From assembly GCA_963785725.1 (NCBI GenBank), contig CAWAWS010000039.1:320001-384000 (forward strand): a stretch of 64,000 nt of DNA, written 5' to 3'. The stretch comes from an uncultured delta proteobacterium. Its GTDB lineage: Bacteria > Myxococcota_A > Polyangia > Palsa-1104. The notes under the pieces are model-generated. The model saw only the letters and a list, made by a program, of their open reading frames with translations, did no database searches and was not told the DNA's origin. A program made the position numbers and the translations under genes. Shown one piece after another: positions 19,098-30,288 of this stretch. Within the stretch, counting starts at the first letter, position 1. Every line of letters begins with the position of its first letter.

Positions 19098-21039
19098 GTC
19101 TAGCCACTCTTTGTACGCGCTGAAGTCATAGTCGCGGCCGAGGAAGTCGTGCACGAGCTCGGCGGCCGGCTTCGATCCGCCGGGCTCGAGGACCGCGCGC
19201 CGATACTTCGTCGCCGGCGCCGGGTTGAGCAGCCCTTCGTGCTTGAAGACGCTGAACAGATCCTTGGCGATGACGAGCGACCACATATACGTGTAGTAGA
19301 TCGCCGAATAGCCATCGAGATGGCCGAACGACTCGTGGAAATAGGTGCCCTCGACGTACTTGAACGGCGTGTAGCGGTTCTGCAGCTCGGCCATGAGGTG
19401 CGTCGTGTCGAGCCCGCGCGGATTGCGCGCGTGGAACTCGAGGCTCGTCGCTGCGTAGAACATCTGCTGGCGCACCCAGAGGCCTTTGCCGTATTCGTCG
19501 GCGGCTTTGGCGCGCGTCAGCAGCTCCGCCGGCAGCGGCTCGCCTGTCTTGTAGTGGCGCGCGAACGTCTGCAGCGTCTCCAAGTCCCAGATCCACTCTT
19601 CGAGCATCTGCGACGGCGCTTCGACGAAGTCCCACTCCGTCGCCACGCCCGACTGCCCGAACCACTTGGTGTGGCCGCCGAGCACGTGATGCAGCAGATG
19701 GCCGAACTCGTGGAAGAACGTGCGCACCGAGCCGTGCTCCATCAATCCCGGCTCGGCCGCCGTCGGCCGCGGGAAGTTGCAGATGAGCAGACCCTCCGGC
19801 AGCTGCTTGCCGGCGACGCCGTTGGCCAACGTGAACTGCGCGTAGTGCTTGTACTTGCCTTCGCGCGGGTGCATGTCGAGGTAGATGCGACCCAATAGCG
19901 CGTCGCCGTCGCGCTCGTGCACGTCGTAGGCTTCGACGTCGGGATGCCACAGCGGCGCGTCCTCGACCTTCTGATAGCGAATGCCGAACATGCGCCCGGT
20001 GATGTCGAGGACGCCCTGTTTGACGCGCGCATATTCGAAGTAGGCGCGCATCGCCTGCGAGTCGAAGCCGTACTGCTCGGCCATGACGCGCTCTTGGTAG
20101 AAGGCCGAATCCCACGCCGCCACTTGCGTCGCCTGGGGATCGTCCTTTTGCTTGCGCGCCAAGAGCTGCGCGTAATCGCGCTGCGCCCGCGCTTCCGACG
20201 CCGCTGTAATGCGCGCGATGAACTCGCGACGCCGCCTGCGCCGAGCCGATCATCTTGTCTTCCGTCGCGTAGGCCGCCCAGCTCGGATAGCCGAGGATCG
20301 TCGCCAGCTCGTTGCGCTTCTCCAGCATGCGCGAGAGCACGTCGAGGTTCTTCGGGTGGCCGCGCAGTCGATAGAGCCGCCACAACTCCTCGCGCGCCTG
20401 GTTGCTCTTGGCGTAGGTGACGAACGGAATGTAGTCGGTATTATCGGTCGAGATCGTGACTTTGCCGTCGCTGTTGGCGGCGTGCGACGACTTGTAGTCC
20501 TCGGGCAGCCCTTCCAGATCGGCGGCGTCGACGAGCAGCGTGCGCACGTCGTCTTTGATGTTCTTGCCGAACTCTTGGCCGATCTTGAGCAGCTCTTCGC
20601 GCAGCTGCTTGACGCGCGTGCGCGTCGCTTCGTCCTTGTCGACACCCGAGCGCCGCAGATCGCGCAGCGTCTTGGCGACGTAATAGCGCGTCGATTGCTC
20701 CTGCTCGACGAGATCGATCGCCGCCAGCGTGTCGTAGATCCCGCGGTCGAGCGACAGCTCCGTCGCCAGCGCGTCGACCTCCTGCTCGCACTGATCGGCG
20801 GCGTCGCGCATCTTCTCGTCGGGATGCGAGTTGCGGCAGACGCTGGCGCGCGCCGCCGCGTCGCCGAGCGCGCCCATCGCGCGGTCGTAGGCCTCGAGCG
20901 CCGCGATCGGATCGCGCGGCATCGTCATTCCGTAGAGCGTCGCGATTCCTTGGCGGGCACGCGCCATGTCGGCGCGACAAGCAGCGATGAGTGAGTCGGG
21001 CGTCCCTACGAGAACGCGCGCGGCATCCGGAGTCGGCAT
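19089..21039 (-). CDS. M3 family oligopeptidase (thimet oligopeptidase-like); frameshift near 20227
   Basis: YLDMHPREGKY, FHEFGHLLH, DFVEAPSQMLE, YYTYMWS; N-terminal half in the adjacent frame. Confidence 0.9.
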
Positions 21040-21381
21040 CGCCACAATATAGGGTCCGTATAAAAGCGGCTGCAAGGGCGCAGTGCGCAATCGCCGTCGA
21101 GCCCGCCACGCCGCCAGCGTCTCGGCGAGGGCCGCGACGCCTCGTCGCAGCCGCGCGGGCAGACGCGTCAGATCGCGAATCAAGCCGAAAACGCGCATCT
21201 CGAAGCGGCTTCGATTCGCCGGACGGTCGGTCCGATTCATTCGCGAGTCGTTATCGGCCGCGCGAAGAATTCGTGGCTGGGTTTTCGCGAAATCAGTGGA
21301 GCGTCCGGAATTCGGTTGGCGCCGATCCGATTACCGGAAAGCGTCTCGCTTGCAGCGCTAGTGGTTTCAGGTGGTTGCGAT

Positions 21382-21397
21382 TGGTACGCGGCGTGCT
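21382..21397 (+). promoter_or_regulatory. Candidate sigma54 promoter
   Basis: TGGTAC-GCGGC-GTGCT, GG-N10-GC; imperfect palindrome upstream at 21304-21338. Confidence 0.5.
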
Positions 21398-21433
21398 TTG
21401 TCGGAGGTCGAACCACAAACGAAGAGGTTGAAC

Positions 21434-21661
21434 ATGCGTACGCTCGCCATCGCTCTGGTCTCTTGTCTGCTCGCGATTCCGGTGTCGGCCTCGGCCGCGA
21501 CCCACGCGTCGAAGAAGCCGCAGCATCACGGTCGCGCGGCCAAGCACGCCAAGGCGAAGAGCAGCAAGAAGGCGCGCTCGCAGCACGCCGCGCGCAGCAG
21601 CCACAAGTCGTCGCCGGCGCACGCGTCGCGCGAGCACAAGGCTACGGCGAAACATTCGTAG
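21434..21661 (+). CDS. Small secreted Lys/His/Ala/Ser-rich protein (75 aa)
   Basis: GAGG RBS; signal peptide MRTLAIALVSCLLAIPVSASA; basic low-complexity mature part. Confidence 0.65.
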   Translation: MRTLAIALVSCLLAIPVSASAATHASKKPQHHGRAAKHAKAKSSKKARSQHAARSSHKSSPAHASREHKATAKHS

Positions 21662-22859
21662 TCGGCGCGGCGGCCTCGCCGTTGACGCGCGCCTCGACGA
21701 TGGCGACCAAGATCGGGAAGATCGTGGCCAGCGCCATCGACAGGAGGGCGACGCGCGGGATGCCGTCGAGCGTGCCGTCGGGCCGCTGGCGTAGCAGGCC
21801 GGTCGAGAACCAGGCCGCGAAGCCGGCCGTCGCGTGATAGACGGTCGATTGGATCGAGAGGAAGCGGGCGCGTTCGTAGGGACGCGGCACTTTCGAGGTC
21901 AACGCGTTGTAGGCGACGTTGCGGGCGCCGAGCGCCATCATGAACGTGACGTAGAACAGCATCACCGGCAGCGGCAACGGATGGACGAAGAAGAAGTAGC
22001 TGATGAGAAGGCCGATCGGCACGAAGATCAGCGTGATGCGCAAGGAGCTCGTGCGATCGACGAGCCGGCCGATCAGGCGCAGCGTGATGAAGCTGGCCGT
22101 GCCACCGACGGCGGTCAGATACTGATAGTGGTTGCGCGGGTAGCGCATGTTGGCCGTGAGGTAGGCCGGCAAGTTGGGGATGAGCACGAAGCCCGACGCC
22201 ATCAGCACCGCCGTCATGGCGTACGAGAGCCACACGATCGGCTGCGACAAGAGCTCGCGTAGGCTGGCCGCTTGCGGCTCCGTCTTGGCGAGATGCGAGC
22301 GCAGCGGCGGCAAGAGGAAGATCGCGCTCAGCGTCACGACGAGCCCGATGGCGGCGACGCTGAAGAACGGCATGCGCCAGCCCCACTTGCTCGACACCAT
22401 GACCGCGGCCGAGACGCCGACGATCTGCGCGACCGAGAAGGCGCCCATGACGGCGCCCATGGCTTTGCCGCGACGCGCGGGCGGGATGACGTCGGCGATG
22501 ATGGCGTAGGCGATCGAGGTCGCCGGGCCGCCGAACAGGCCGGCGACGACGCGGGCCAAGGTCAGCGTCGGCAGATCGTGGGCCAGGCCGCCGAAGAGCG
22601 TGCCGACGACGAGGCCGAGCATGGCGACGGCGAGCGCCGAGCGGCGGTCGAAGCGGTCGAGGAAGAAGCTGCCGAGCAGGCCGGAGAGGGCGGCGGCGGG
22701 GCCGTAGCCGGCGACGATCTTGCCGAGCTCGGACGTGGGAATGCCGAGCGCGTGCGCGAAATCGGGGCCCAGCGGCATCACCATCGTGAAGTCGAGGACG
22801 TTCACGAATTGGACGGCGCCGACGAGAAAGACGACGCGCCGCTCGGAGACGTTGAGCAT
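21642..22859 (-). CDS. MFS transporter
   Basis: LDRFDRR motif A, ARVVAGLFGG, about 12 TM segments. Confidence 0.9.
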   Translation of the reverse strand: MLNVSERRVVFLVGAVQFVNVLDFTMVMPLGPDFAHALGIPTSELGKIVAGYGPAAALSGLLGSFFLDRFDRRSALAVAMLGLVVGTLFGGLAHDLPTLTLARVVAGLFGGPATSIAYAIIADVIPPARRGKAMGAVMGAFSVAQIVGVSAAVMVSSKWGWRMPFFSVAAIGLVVTLSAIFLLPPLRSHLAKTEPQAASLRELLSQPIVWLSYAMTAVLMASGFVLIPNLPAYLTANMRYPRNHYQYLTAVGGTASFITLRLIGRLVDRTSSLRITLIFVPIGLLISYFFFVHPLPLPVMLFYVTFMMALGARNVAYNALTSKVPRPYERARFLSIQSTVYHATAGFAAWFSTGLLRQRPDGTLDGIPRVALLSMALATIFPILVAIVEARVNGEAAAPTTNVSP

Positions 22860-22961
22860 CGGTCGGCAAATTGTAAGATGCCGGCCGGAGGAATCCATGA
22901 TGCTGTTGCGATCGCGGCACGATTACCGGCAGATCGGCGACGATTTGCCCGCGGTGACGCG

Positions 22962-24665
22962 ATGACGGCGCGGGCCAAGGCGACGGCGACGTACGATTAC
23001 GTCGTCATCGGGGCCGGCTCGTCGGGCTGCGTCGTGGCCGGACAGCTCGCCGCCGACGGACGCACGCGCGTGCTGCTGCTCGAGAGCGGGGCCGCCGCCG
23101 AGGAGCATCCGGAGACGTTGGCGGCGGCTGGGTACAAACAAGCGTTCATCAACGACGCGCTCATGTACGACCGCTATTCGGCGCCACAAGCCGAGTGCGG
23201 CAACCATCGGCTGTTCGTCGGCAGCGGGCGCGGCGTCGGCGGCTCGGGCGCCGTCAACGCCATGGTCTACACGCGCGGCAGCCGGCACGACTACGAGATG
23301 TGGGGCTGCGATGGCTGGCGCTGGAACGACGTCGTGCCCGCGTTCGAGCAGCTCGAGGCGCGACTGCATGTCTCGCGCAAGCCGCCGACGCGCTGGACCG
23401 AAGCGTGCATCGACGCCGCCGAGCAGGCCGGATTTCGCCGCAAAGAGGACCTCAACGACGGGACGCTGGGCGGCTTTCTCGGCTACGAGTGGATGAACAT
23501 CGAAGGCGAGGCGCGGCGCAACTCCTACGTCGCCTTCGTCAAGCCGCTGGCCGGGCGCGCCAACTTGACGCTGCAGACGCGGGCGACGGTGCGGCGGATT
23601 CTGCTCGAGTCCGGCGGTCGCAGAAGCGACATCGCGCCGCGCGCGGCCGGCGTGCAGCCGCGCGCGGTCGGCGTCGAATACGATCGCGACGGCTTCGTGA
23701 CCGAGGCCTACGCGACGCGCGAAGTCGTCGTGTGCGCGGGCGCGCTCGAGACGCCAAAGCTGCTGATGTTGTCGGGAATCGGGCCCGCCGACGAGCTGCG
23801 CGCGCATGGGATCGAGGTCGTCGTCGAGTCGCCGCACGTCGGGCGCAACTTGATGGACCATCCCAACGTGCAGGTGTTCTTCCGCGGGCGGCAGCCGACC
23901 GATTGCGACTGGGCGCAGCTGTACGGCTTTCATCGCGCCAACGCGGCGACCGAGCTGAAAGCGGGCGAGCCCGACAGCTGCTACGTCTTTTACAGCGCGC
24001 GCTCCTCATTCCGCGAGGGCGCGATCCGAATTTTGCCGGGGATCGCGCTGCCGCAGCCGCTCTATCGGCAGGCTTGGCTGCGCGATGGATTTCGCCAGGC
24101 GTTGAAGGGCGTGTTCGCGTTACCGCCGGTGCGCTCGTTCGTGCAGCGGATGTACGGCGTCGTCGTCATCCTCGGCAAGCCGAAGAGCCGCGGTCGCGTC
24201 GGGCTGGCGTCGCGCGACGCGACGGTGGCGGCGCACGTCGACCTCGGCTACTTCACGGCGCCCGAAGACCTGCAGACGCTCGTGCACGGCGTCGAGCTGG
24301 CGCGGCGCGTGGCCGCGGCGCCGGCGTTGGCGGCGTGGGGGAATCGCGAGCTGTTGCCGGGCGCGCGCGTGGCGTCGCCGGAGGCGGTGGCGGCGTGGAT
24401 TCGCGCCAACGTCATGACGACGTATCACTTCGCGGGCACGTGCAAGCTGGGGACGGGCGCCGACAGCGTCGTCGACGCCGAGCTGCGCGTGCGCGGCGTG
24501 CGCGGGCTGCGCGTCGCCGATGCGTCGGTGATTCCGTCGGTGCCGGTGTCGGCGCTGAACGCGCCCAGCATGATGATCGGCTGGCGCGCGGCCGAGCTCC
24601 TGCGCGCGGCCGAGCGGTCGCGGCCGAGCGGTCGCGCGGCGTCGGTCGCCGCCGTCGAAATTTAG
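22962..24665 (+). CDS. GMC family oxidoreductase
   Basis: YDYVVIGAGSSG, GGSGAVNAMVYTRG, TPKLLMLSGIG, YHFAGTC, LRVADAS. Confidence 0.92.
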   Translation: MTARAKATATYDYVVIGAGSSGCVVAGQLAADGRTRVLLLESGAAAEEHPETLAAAGYKQAFINDALMYDRYSAPQAECGNHRLFVGSGRGVGGSGAVNAMVYTRGSRHDYEMWGCDGWRWNDVVPAFEQLEARLHVSRKPPTRWTEACIDAAEQAGFRRKEDLNDGTLGGFLGYEWMNIEGEARRNSYVAFVKPLAGRANLTLQTRATVRRILLESGGRRSDIAPRAAGVQPRAVGVEYDRDGFVTEAYATREVVVCAGALETPKLLMLSGIGPADELRAHGIEVVVESPHVGRNLMDHPNVQVFFRGRQPTDCDWAQLYGFHRANAATELKAGEPDSCYVFYSARSSFREGAIRILPGIALPQPLYRQAWLRDGFRQALKGVFALPPVRSFVQRMYGVVVILGKPKSRGRVGLASRDATVAAHVDLGYFTAPEDLQTLVHGVELARRVAAAPALAAWGNRELLPGARVASPEAVAAWIRANVMTTYHFAGTCKLGTGADSVVDAELRVRGVRGLRVADASVIPSVPVSALNAPSMMIGWRAAELLRAAERSRPSGRAASVAAVEI

Positions 24666-24684
24666 TCGGGAATTTGCGGAGAGA

Positions 24685-25977
24685 CTAGTTGCGGCCGAGC
24701 GCCTGCACCAGCTGCGCGCGCGCCGTCGACACGTTGAAGTCGGCCTGCACCTTCTGCGCGGCCGCCGTCGTGTACGCGACCTGCGCGTCGCCGAGCTCGA
24801 TGATGCTACCGACGCCCGCGGTGTAACGCCCTTCGGCCAAGCGCAGCTGCTCCTTGGCGTTGACGACCGCCTCTTCGGCGGCGACGACGGCGATCTTGCT
24901 CGCCTTGACCGCGAGCCGCGCCTGGTCGACTTGCAGTCGCGTCTGCTGGCGCACGAGCTCACGGTTGGCGATGACGCCGTCGAGGTTCGCCTTCTGCTCC
25001 TTGACCGTGTACCAAGTGAGGCCGCCCTGAAACAGCTGCCAGTTGATGCCGAGCGAGAACGTCCAGTTCCAGCCCAAGTTGCTCAGATCGACGCCGCCGT
25101 CGGTGAAGCCGGTCGACGCCGTCAGCGTCGGGCCGTAGGCCGTCTTCGCCGCCCACACGGCCAGCTCCTGCGCCTTGACCTGCTTGTCGAGGCTGACGAA
25201 CTCGGGGCGATTCTGCAGCGCCTCGTTGAGCAGCGGATCGAGGGGCTGATCTTCGCCCGCCACCGCGCCGATGCTCTCGTCGGCGACGTCGTAGCCGGTG
25301 TCGCGCTCGACGCCCATCGACTGATTCAGCGTCGCCTTCGCCACTTCGTAGTTGTTCTCCGCCTGAATCAGCTGCACGCGGGCGTTGGCCACGTTGGTGC
25401 GCGCCGTCGCCAGCGCGATCTCCGGCTGCGTGCCGACTTTGACCTGCCCGTCGGTCTGCTGCAGATGCTTGTCCTGGTTCACCAGCGTGTCGCGCGCGAC
25501 GCCGACGAGCGCCTTGTCGGCGACGGCCGTGAAGTAGCTCGAGCGCACCGTCAACGTCACCGACAGCTTGGTGGCGCGCTCGGTGGCTTCGACGCTCTCG
25601 GCGGTGGCGACGTTCTGCCGCCAGCGCGCGAATTGACCGCTGCCGTCCCACAGCGTCTGCTGCGCCGTGATGCCGAAGTTCCAGTGGTTGAGCGTGTTCC
25701 ACGAGTCGAGGGACGCGGTCGACCCGGTGCCGCCGCCGAAGCCGGCCACGGCCGCCGCGCCCGGCTGCTGATTGGCCGTCGAGCGCGTGTAGGTGGCGCT
25801 GCCGCTCACCTGCGGCAAGAGCGGCGCGCGCGCCTCACCGGCACGCGCGTAAGCGACGTCGGTGTTGGCATGCGCCGCCAACAGCTGCGGCTGATTCTTC
25901 GCGGCCGTCTGCACCGCTTGATCGAGCGTCAGGACCTGCGTCGTAGCGAGAAAGACCGTGATCGCGAGATTCATCAT
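24685..25977 (-). CDS. tolC: TolC family outer membrane efflux protein
   Basis: LTLDQAV, LLPQVS, RYTAGVGSIIEL; last gene of the MacAB operon. Confidence 0.88.
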   Translation of the reverse strand: MMNLAITVFLATTQVLTLDQAVQTAAKNQPQLLAAHANTDVAYARAGEARAPLLPQVSGSATYTRSTANQQPGAAAVAGFGGGTGSTASLDSWNTLNHWNFGITAQQTLWDGSGQFARWRQNVATAESVEATERATKLSVTLTVRSSYFTAVADKALVGVARDTLVNQDKHLQQTDGQVKVGTQPEIALATARTNVANARVQLIQAENNYEVAKATLNQSMGVERDTGYDVADESIGAVAGEDQPLDPLLNEALQNRPEFVSLDKQVKAQELAVWAAKTAYGPTLTASTGFTDGGVDLSNLGWNWTFSLGINWQLFQGGLTWYTVKEQKANLDGVIANRELVRQQTRLQVDQARLAVKASKIAVVAAEEAVVNAKEQLRLAEGRYTAGVGSIIELGDAQVAYTTAAAQKVQADFNVSTARAQLVQALGRN

Positions 25978-27203
25978 TCATACCGGAGCGCGTCGATAGG
26001 GTCGAGTTGCGACGCCTTCCACGCGGGATAGAGGCCGAAAATGACGCCGACGGCCGCCGAGAATGCGACGGAGATGACGATGACGTCGGGACGAATCAAT
26101 ATCGGCCAGCCCAACTTCGAACCCACTATGCGCGCGGCGCCGATGCCGATCGCGATGCCCATGATGCCGCCCAGCGTCGACAGGCTGAGCGCTTCGACGA
26201 GGAATTGCAGCAGAATGTTGCGCGGCTTGGCGCCGACCGCCATGCGCAGGCCGATCTCGCGCGTCCGCTCGGTGACGCTGACGAGCATGATGTTCATGAT
26301 GCCGATGCCGCCGACGAGGAGCGACACGCCGGCGATGCAGCTGAGCAGCCAGGTCATCGTCTTCGTGCCTTGCGCCTGCGAGTTGGCGAGCTCGGTCAAG
26401 TTGCGCACGAAGAAGTCGTCGTCGGAGCCGAAGGCCAAGTGGTGCCGGTCGCGCAAGAGGTTCGAGATCTGCGACTCGGCGCGCGCGGTGTCGCCTTGCG
26501 AGGTCGCGCCGACGTAGATGGTGCCGCTCAGGTAGTTGTGTAAGCCGCCCTGAATCTTGCTGCCGAAGGTCGAGTAGGGCACGTAGACGGCATCGTCGTA
26601 GTCTTGGCCCATCGCCGACTGGCCTTTGCGCGCGAGCACGCCCACGACCTGGAACGGGATGTTCTTGATGCGCACGACGCTGCCGATCGGATCCGAGTTC
26701 TCGCCGAACAGCTTGTCGACGACGGTCTGGCCGAGCACGGCCACTTTCGTGCCCGTTTCGATGTCACCGTCGGTGAGCGGCGCGCCGCGCGACACCGGCC
26801 AGTTGCGAATGGCGAAGTAATCGGGCGACGTGCCTTGCACTTGCGTCGTCCAGTTTTGATCCTCGCTCATCACCTGCGCCGACGTGCGCAAAACCGGCGC
26901 CGCGTAACGCACGGTCGCGATCTCCGACTGCATCGCGCGCCAGTCGTCCCAGGTCAGCGTCGAGCCCGAGCCGTTGCCGCCGCGCGCGCCGCCGGCGTTG
27001 GTCGTGCCCGGCTGGACGATGAGCAGGTTGGAGCCCATCGCGGCGAAGGTCTCCTCGATGTTGGCCTTCGCGCCTTCGCCGATGGCGACCATGGTGATGA
27101 CGGCGCCGACGCCGATGATGATGCCGAGCGTCGTCAGGAACGAGCGGATCTTGTTGCGCAAGAGCGCACGCAAAGCGACCCGCAGCGTCTGAAAAATGCT
27201 CAT
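25974..27203 (-). CDS. macB: MacB-like ABC permease
   Basis: RSFLTTLGIIIGV, VGGIGIMNIMLVSVTERTREIG, LDPIDALRYE. Confidence 0.93.
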   Translation of the reverse strand: MSIFQTLRVALRALLRNKIRSFLTTLGIIIGVGAVITMVAIGEGAKANIEETFAAMGSNLLIVQPGTTNAGGARGGNGSGSTLTWDDWRAMQSEIATVRYAAPVLRTSAQVMSEDQNWTTQVQGTSPDYFAIRNWPVSRGAPLTDGDIETGTKVAVLGQTVVDKLFGENSDPIGSVVRIKNIPFQVVGVLARKGQSAMGQDYDDAVYVPYSTFGSKIQGGLHNYLSGTIYVGATSQGDTARAESQISNLLRDRHHLAFGSDDDFFVRNLTELANSQAQGTKTMTWLLSCIAGVSLLVGGIGIMNIMLVSVTERTREIGLRMAVGAKPRNILLQFLVEALSLSTLGGIMGIAIGIGAARIVGSKLGWPILIRPDVIVISVAFSAAVGVIFGLYPAWKASQLDPIDALRYE

Positions 27204-27234
27204 GGGCGCGGCACCCTGTCAGCTCGCCGCGCGC

Positions 27235-27996
27235 TCACGCCGTCACCTTCGGCGCGGCCGCGGCGTCGTCGTCGGGCGAGGGCAGCTCGCGCGCCGCTTT
27301 GGCGGCGTCGCGCGGCTGATGGCGCGTGTCCGACTGCACGCGACCGTCGCGCATGACGATGACGCGCGCCGCGAACTCGGCGATGTCCGGCTCGTGCGTG
27401 ACCAGCACGACGGTGATGCCGTCGCGACCGAGCTGCTGAAACAGCGCCATGACCTCGAGGCTGGTCTTCGAGTCCAAGTTGCCGGTCGGCTCGTCGGCGA
27501 GGATCACCTTTGGCTTGGCGACGATGGCCCGCGCGATGGCCACGCGCTGCTGCTGCCCGCCCGACAGCTGCGCCGGGTGATGGTCGAGCCGCTTGCCGAG
27601 CCCCACCGTCTTCAGCGCTTCGATCGCCCGTTGCACGCGCTCTTTGGTGCCGACGCCTTGATAGAGCAGCGGTAGCTCGACGTTCTCCACCGCCGTCGTT
27701 CGCGACAACAAGTTGAAGCTCTGGAAGACGAAGCCGAGCGTGTGATTGCGAATGTCGGCCAGCTCGTCGCGGGTCATGCGCGACACGTCTTTGCCGTCGA
27801 GCAGGTAGTGGCCTTGCGTCGGTCGATCGAGGCAGCCGACCAGGTTCATGATCGTCGATTTGCCGGAGCCGGAGCTGCCCATGATGGCGACGAACTCGCC
27901 CGCCTCGATGTCGAAGCTGACCCCGCGCAGAGCGTGCACGTCGACGTCGCCCATGTGGTACGTCTTGTGGACGTCCTGCAGCCTGAGCAGCGCCAT
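27235..27996 (-). CDS. MacB/LolD-type ABC ATPase
   Basis: [32 protein letters not shown]. Confidence 0.93.
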   Translation of the reverse strand: MALLRLQDVHKTYHMGDVDVHALRGVSFDIEAGEFVAIMGSSGSGKSTIMNLVGCLDRPTQGHYLLDGKDVSRMTRDELADIRNHTLGFVFQSFNLLSRTTAVENVELPLLYQGVGTKERVQRAIEALKTVGLGKRLDHHPAQLSGGQQQRVAIARAIVAKPKVILADEPTGNLDSKTSLEVMALFQQLGRDGITVVLVTHEPDIAEFAARVIVMRDGRVQSDTRHQPRDAAKAARELPSPDDDAAAAPKVTA

Positions 27997-27998
27997 GG

Positions 27999-29270
27999 TT
28001 AGAACCGGCCGAACCCCGGCGGTCGACCGTTGCCCGGACCGTTCGCCGCCGCCTTGCCGCTGCCGGGGTTGGCGAGATCGGTGATGACCTGATCGCCTTC
28101 GTGCACGTCGCCTTCGACGATCTCGGTGACCGAGCCGTCGCTGATGCCGATGCGGATCGGCACCTGAGCCGCCGCCTCGTTGCGCAACAGCCAGATCTGC
28201 CGCTTGTCGCTCGCCTGCGAATGATCGCGCTTGTGTCCGCCCGGACCGCTCGAACCGCCGCCCGGCGGACGCACCGCCGCCGACGCCGTTCCCGACGATG
28301 ACGCCGCGGCGTTCACGGCCTCCGGCGGCTTGAAGCGCATGGCCGAGTTCGGCACCTTCAGCACGTCGCTCTTCTCGGCCCACACGAACGTCACGTTCGC
28401 GGTCATGCCGGGCTTTAGCTTCAGCTCTTTGTTGTCGACGTCGATGACCGCGTCGTAAGTCACGACGTTCTGCACCGTCTGCGCCGCGTTGCGGATCTGC
28501 CGCACTTTGCCGCGGAAGCGCTCGTTGGGATAGGCGTCGACGGTGAAGATCGCCGGCATGCTCGGCAACAGCTTGCCCACGTCCGACTCGGCCACGCTGG
28601 TATCGACCTGCATCTTCGTCAGATCTTGCGCGATCGTGAACAGCGTCGGCGCCGACAACGAGGCCGCGACCGTCTGCCCGACGTCGACGCTGCGCGAAAT
28701 GACCGTGCCGTCGGTGGGCGACTCGATCGTCGTATAGGCGAGGTTCGTCAGCGCCTGATGCAAGTTCGCCTTCGCCTGCGCCAGCTGCGCCTCTTGCACC
28801 GCGATGTTGGCGTTCGCCGAATCCGCCGCCGCCTCCGCCGTCTCCAAATCCTGCTGCGCGATGAGGTTCTGCGCGCGCAGCTGTCGACTGCGCAGCCGCT
28901 GCAGATCGAGGCTCTTGAAGTTGACCTTCGCTTGCTCGACCTGCGCCACTTCCTGCGCCATCGACGCCTTGGCCTGCTCGACGGCCGCCTGAAACAGCTG
29001 CGGATCGATCTTGGCGATGAGCTCGCCCTTTTTCACCGGCGAGTTGAAGTCCGCGTGCAGCTCCGCGATGCGACCCGACACCTGGCTGCCGACCTGGACC
29101 GTCACCAACGCCGACAGCGTGCCCGTCGCGGTCACCTTCGAGCTGATGTTGCCGCGCGTGATGGCCGTCGTCTCGTACTTCGTGGGCGCAGGCTTGGCGT
29201 GACGCTCGTAGTAAATGCCGCCCGCGGCGACAGCGAGAAGGATCACACCGATCACGGCCCAGCGACTCAT
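27999..29270 (-). CDS. macA: MacA-like periplasmic adaptor subunit
   Basis: VGSQVSGRI, SPTDGTVI, GQTVAASLSAPTLF, LKPGMTA. Confidence 0.92.
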   Translation of the reverse strand: MSRWAVIGVILLAVAAGGIYYERHAKPAPTKYETTAITRGNISSKVTATGTLSALVTVQVGSQVSGRIAELHADFNSPVKKGELIAKIDPQLFQAAVEQAKASMAQEVAQVEQAKVNFKSLDLQRLRSRQLRAQNLIAQQDLETAEAAADSANANIAVQEAQLAQAKANLHQALTNLAYTTIESPTDGTVISRSVDVGQTVAASLSAPTLFTIAQDLTKMQVDTSVAESDVGKLLPSMPAIFTVDAYPNERFRGKVRQIRNAAQTVQNVVTYDAVIDVDNKELKLKPGMTANVTFVWAEKSDVLKVPNSAMRFKPPEAVNAAASSSGTASAAVRPPGGGSSGPGGHKRDHSQASDKRQIWLLRNEAAAQVPIRIGISDGSVTEIVEGDVHEGDQVITDLANPGSGKAAANGPGNGRPPGFGRF

Positions 29271-29333
29271 CGACGGGAATGTACCCTGTCCCGATGTGTC
29301 AGCAAGACCCTTTACGACCTCTTTACACCTGCT

Positions 29334-30170
29334 TCACACTCCTGAACGGGCACGCAATAAATCGGCGAGCGCGGCGAAATCGCGCACGATCCGGCCGTAT
29401 AACGGCCGCGCGGGCCACGCGCCGCTGCCGCCGAAAATGAGGTCGGCGCCGACGTGCCGACACGCGACGCCGATGTGCTCGGCTTGCCGCGCCAGATCGG
29501 CGCCGTTGCTCGACAGCGCCGACGCCGACAGCGCCACCAACTGCGGGCGCGCGTCGGCGATGGCGGCGACGACGTCGGCGATGGGCGCGCTGCGGCCGAT
29601 CCAATTGGGCTGCCAGCCGCGCTCGCGCAAGCAGACCTCGACGAGCGACAGCCCGAGCGTGTGCTCGTCGCCTTCGGCCGCAGCCAACAGGCACTGCGGC
29701 GCGTCCGTCGCCGGGATCGCGGCCGGCATCCAATCGCCGAGGCGCGACAAGGCGCGGCTCAATCGCTCGCTGGCGCGATGCTCGTCGGTGACCGAGATTT
29801 CGCCGCGCTCCCAGCGCCGGCCGAGCTCGTGCAACGCCGGACCCAAGCGCTGGCACACGCGCCACCAGCAGCCGAGCTCGGCGCGCGTCGTCAGCAGCGT
29901 CGCTTCCAGCATCAGCGGCGGGCGCGCCGCCAAAAGCTCGTCGACCCACGCCGCAGCGTCGCGGCCGCCGACCGTCGGCGATGCGACGGTCGCCACGTCC
30001 GCGGCGTGCGCCGCGCGAAAGTGATCGATCGCCGCACGCCGAAAGCGCCGGTGCTGTCCGGCCGTGCGCACGCACGGCAGCGCGCCGGCGTCGGCCCAAC
30101 GTTTGACGCTGGCGGCGCTCACGCCGAGGAGCTGAGCGACCTCGGCGCTCGACAGCAGCGGCTCGTTCAT
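29334..30170 (-). CDS. B12-binding photoreceptor/regulator (CarH/LitR-like) with excisionase/BldC-type HTH
   Basis: N-terminal EVAQLLGVS..SVKRWAD.G..RTAGQHRRF; W-x9-EH (WERGEISVTDEH); E-H-x-x-G (EHTLG) cobalamin motif. Confidence 0.85.
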   Translation of the reverse strand: MNEPLLSSAEVAQLLGVSAASVKRWADAGALPCVRTAGQHRRFRRAAIDHFRAAHAADVATVASPTVGGRDAAAWVDELLAARPPLMLEATLLTTRAELGCWWRVCQRLGPALHELGRRWERGEISVTDEHRASERLSRALSRLGDWMPAAIPATDAPQCLLAAAEGDEHTLGLSLVEVCLRERGWQPNWIGRSAPIADVVAAIADARPQLVALSASALSSNGADLARQAEHIGVACRHVGADLIFGGSGAWPARPLYGRIVRDFAALADLLRARSGV

Positions 30171-30180
30171 GACCTAGCTC

Positions 30181-30282
30181 TGAACGATTTGAGCGATTTT
30201 GGCAACCGATTCGTTACTCCAAAGACGCAGATAGGCTTGCTAGTGCACGAATTAGGCGCAATATATTCGTTCAAATCGTGCA
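30181..30282. promoter_or_regulatory. Operator with five 9-bp repeats TG(A/C)(A/G)CGA(T/A)T in the divergent promoter
   Basis: Plus strand: 30181-30189, 30190-30198, 30244-30252; minus strand: 30265-30273, 30274-30282. Confidence 0.65.
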
Positions 30283-30288
30283 GACAAA

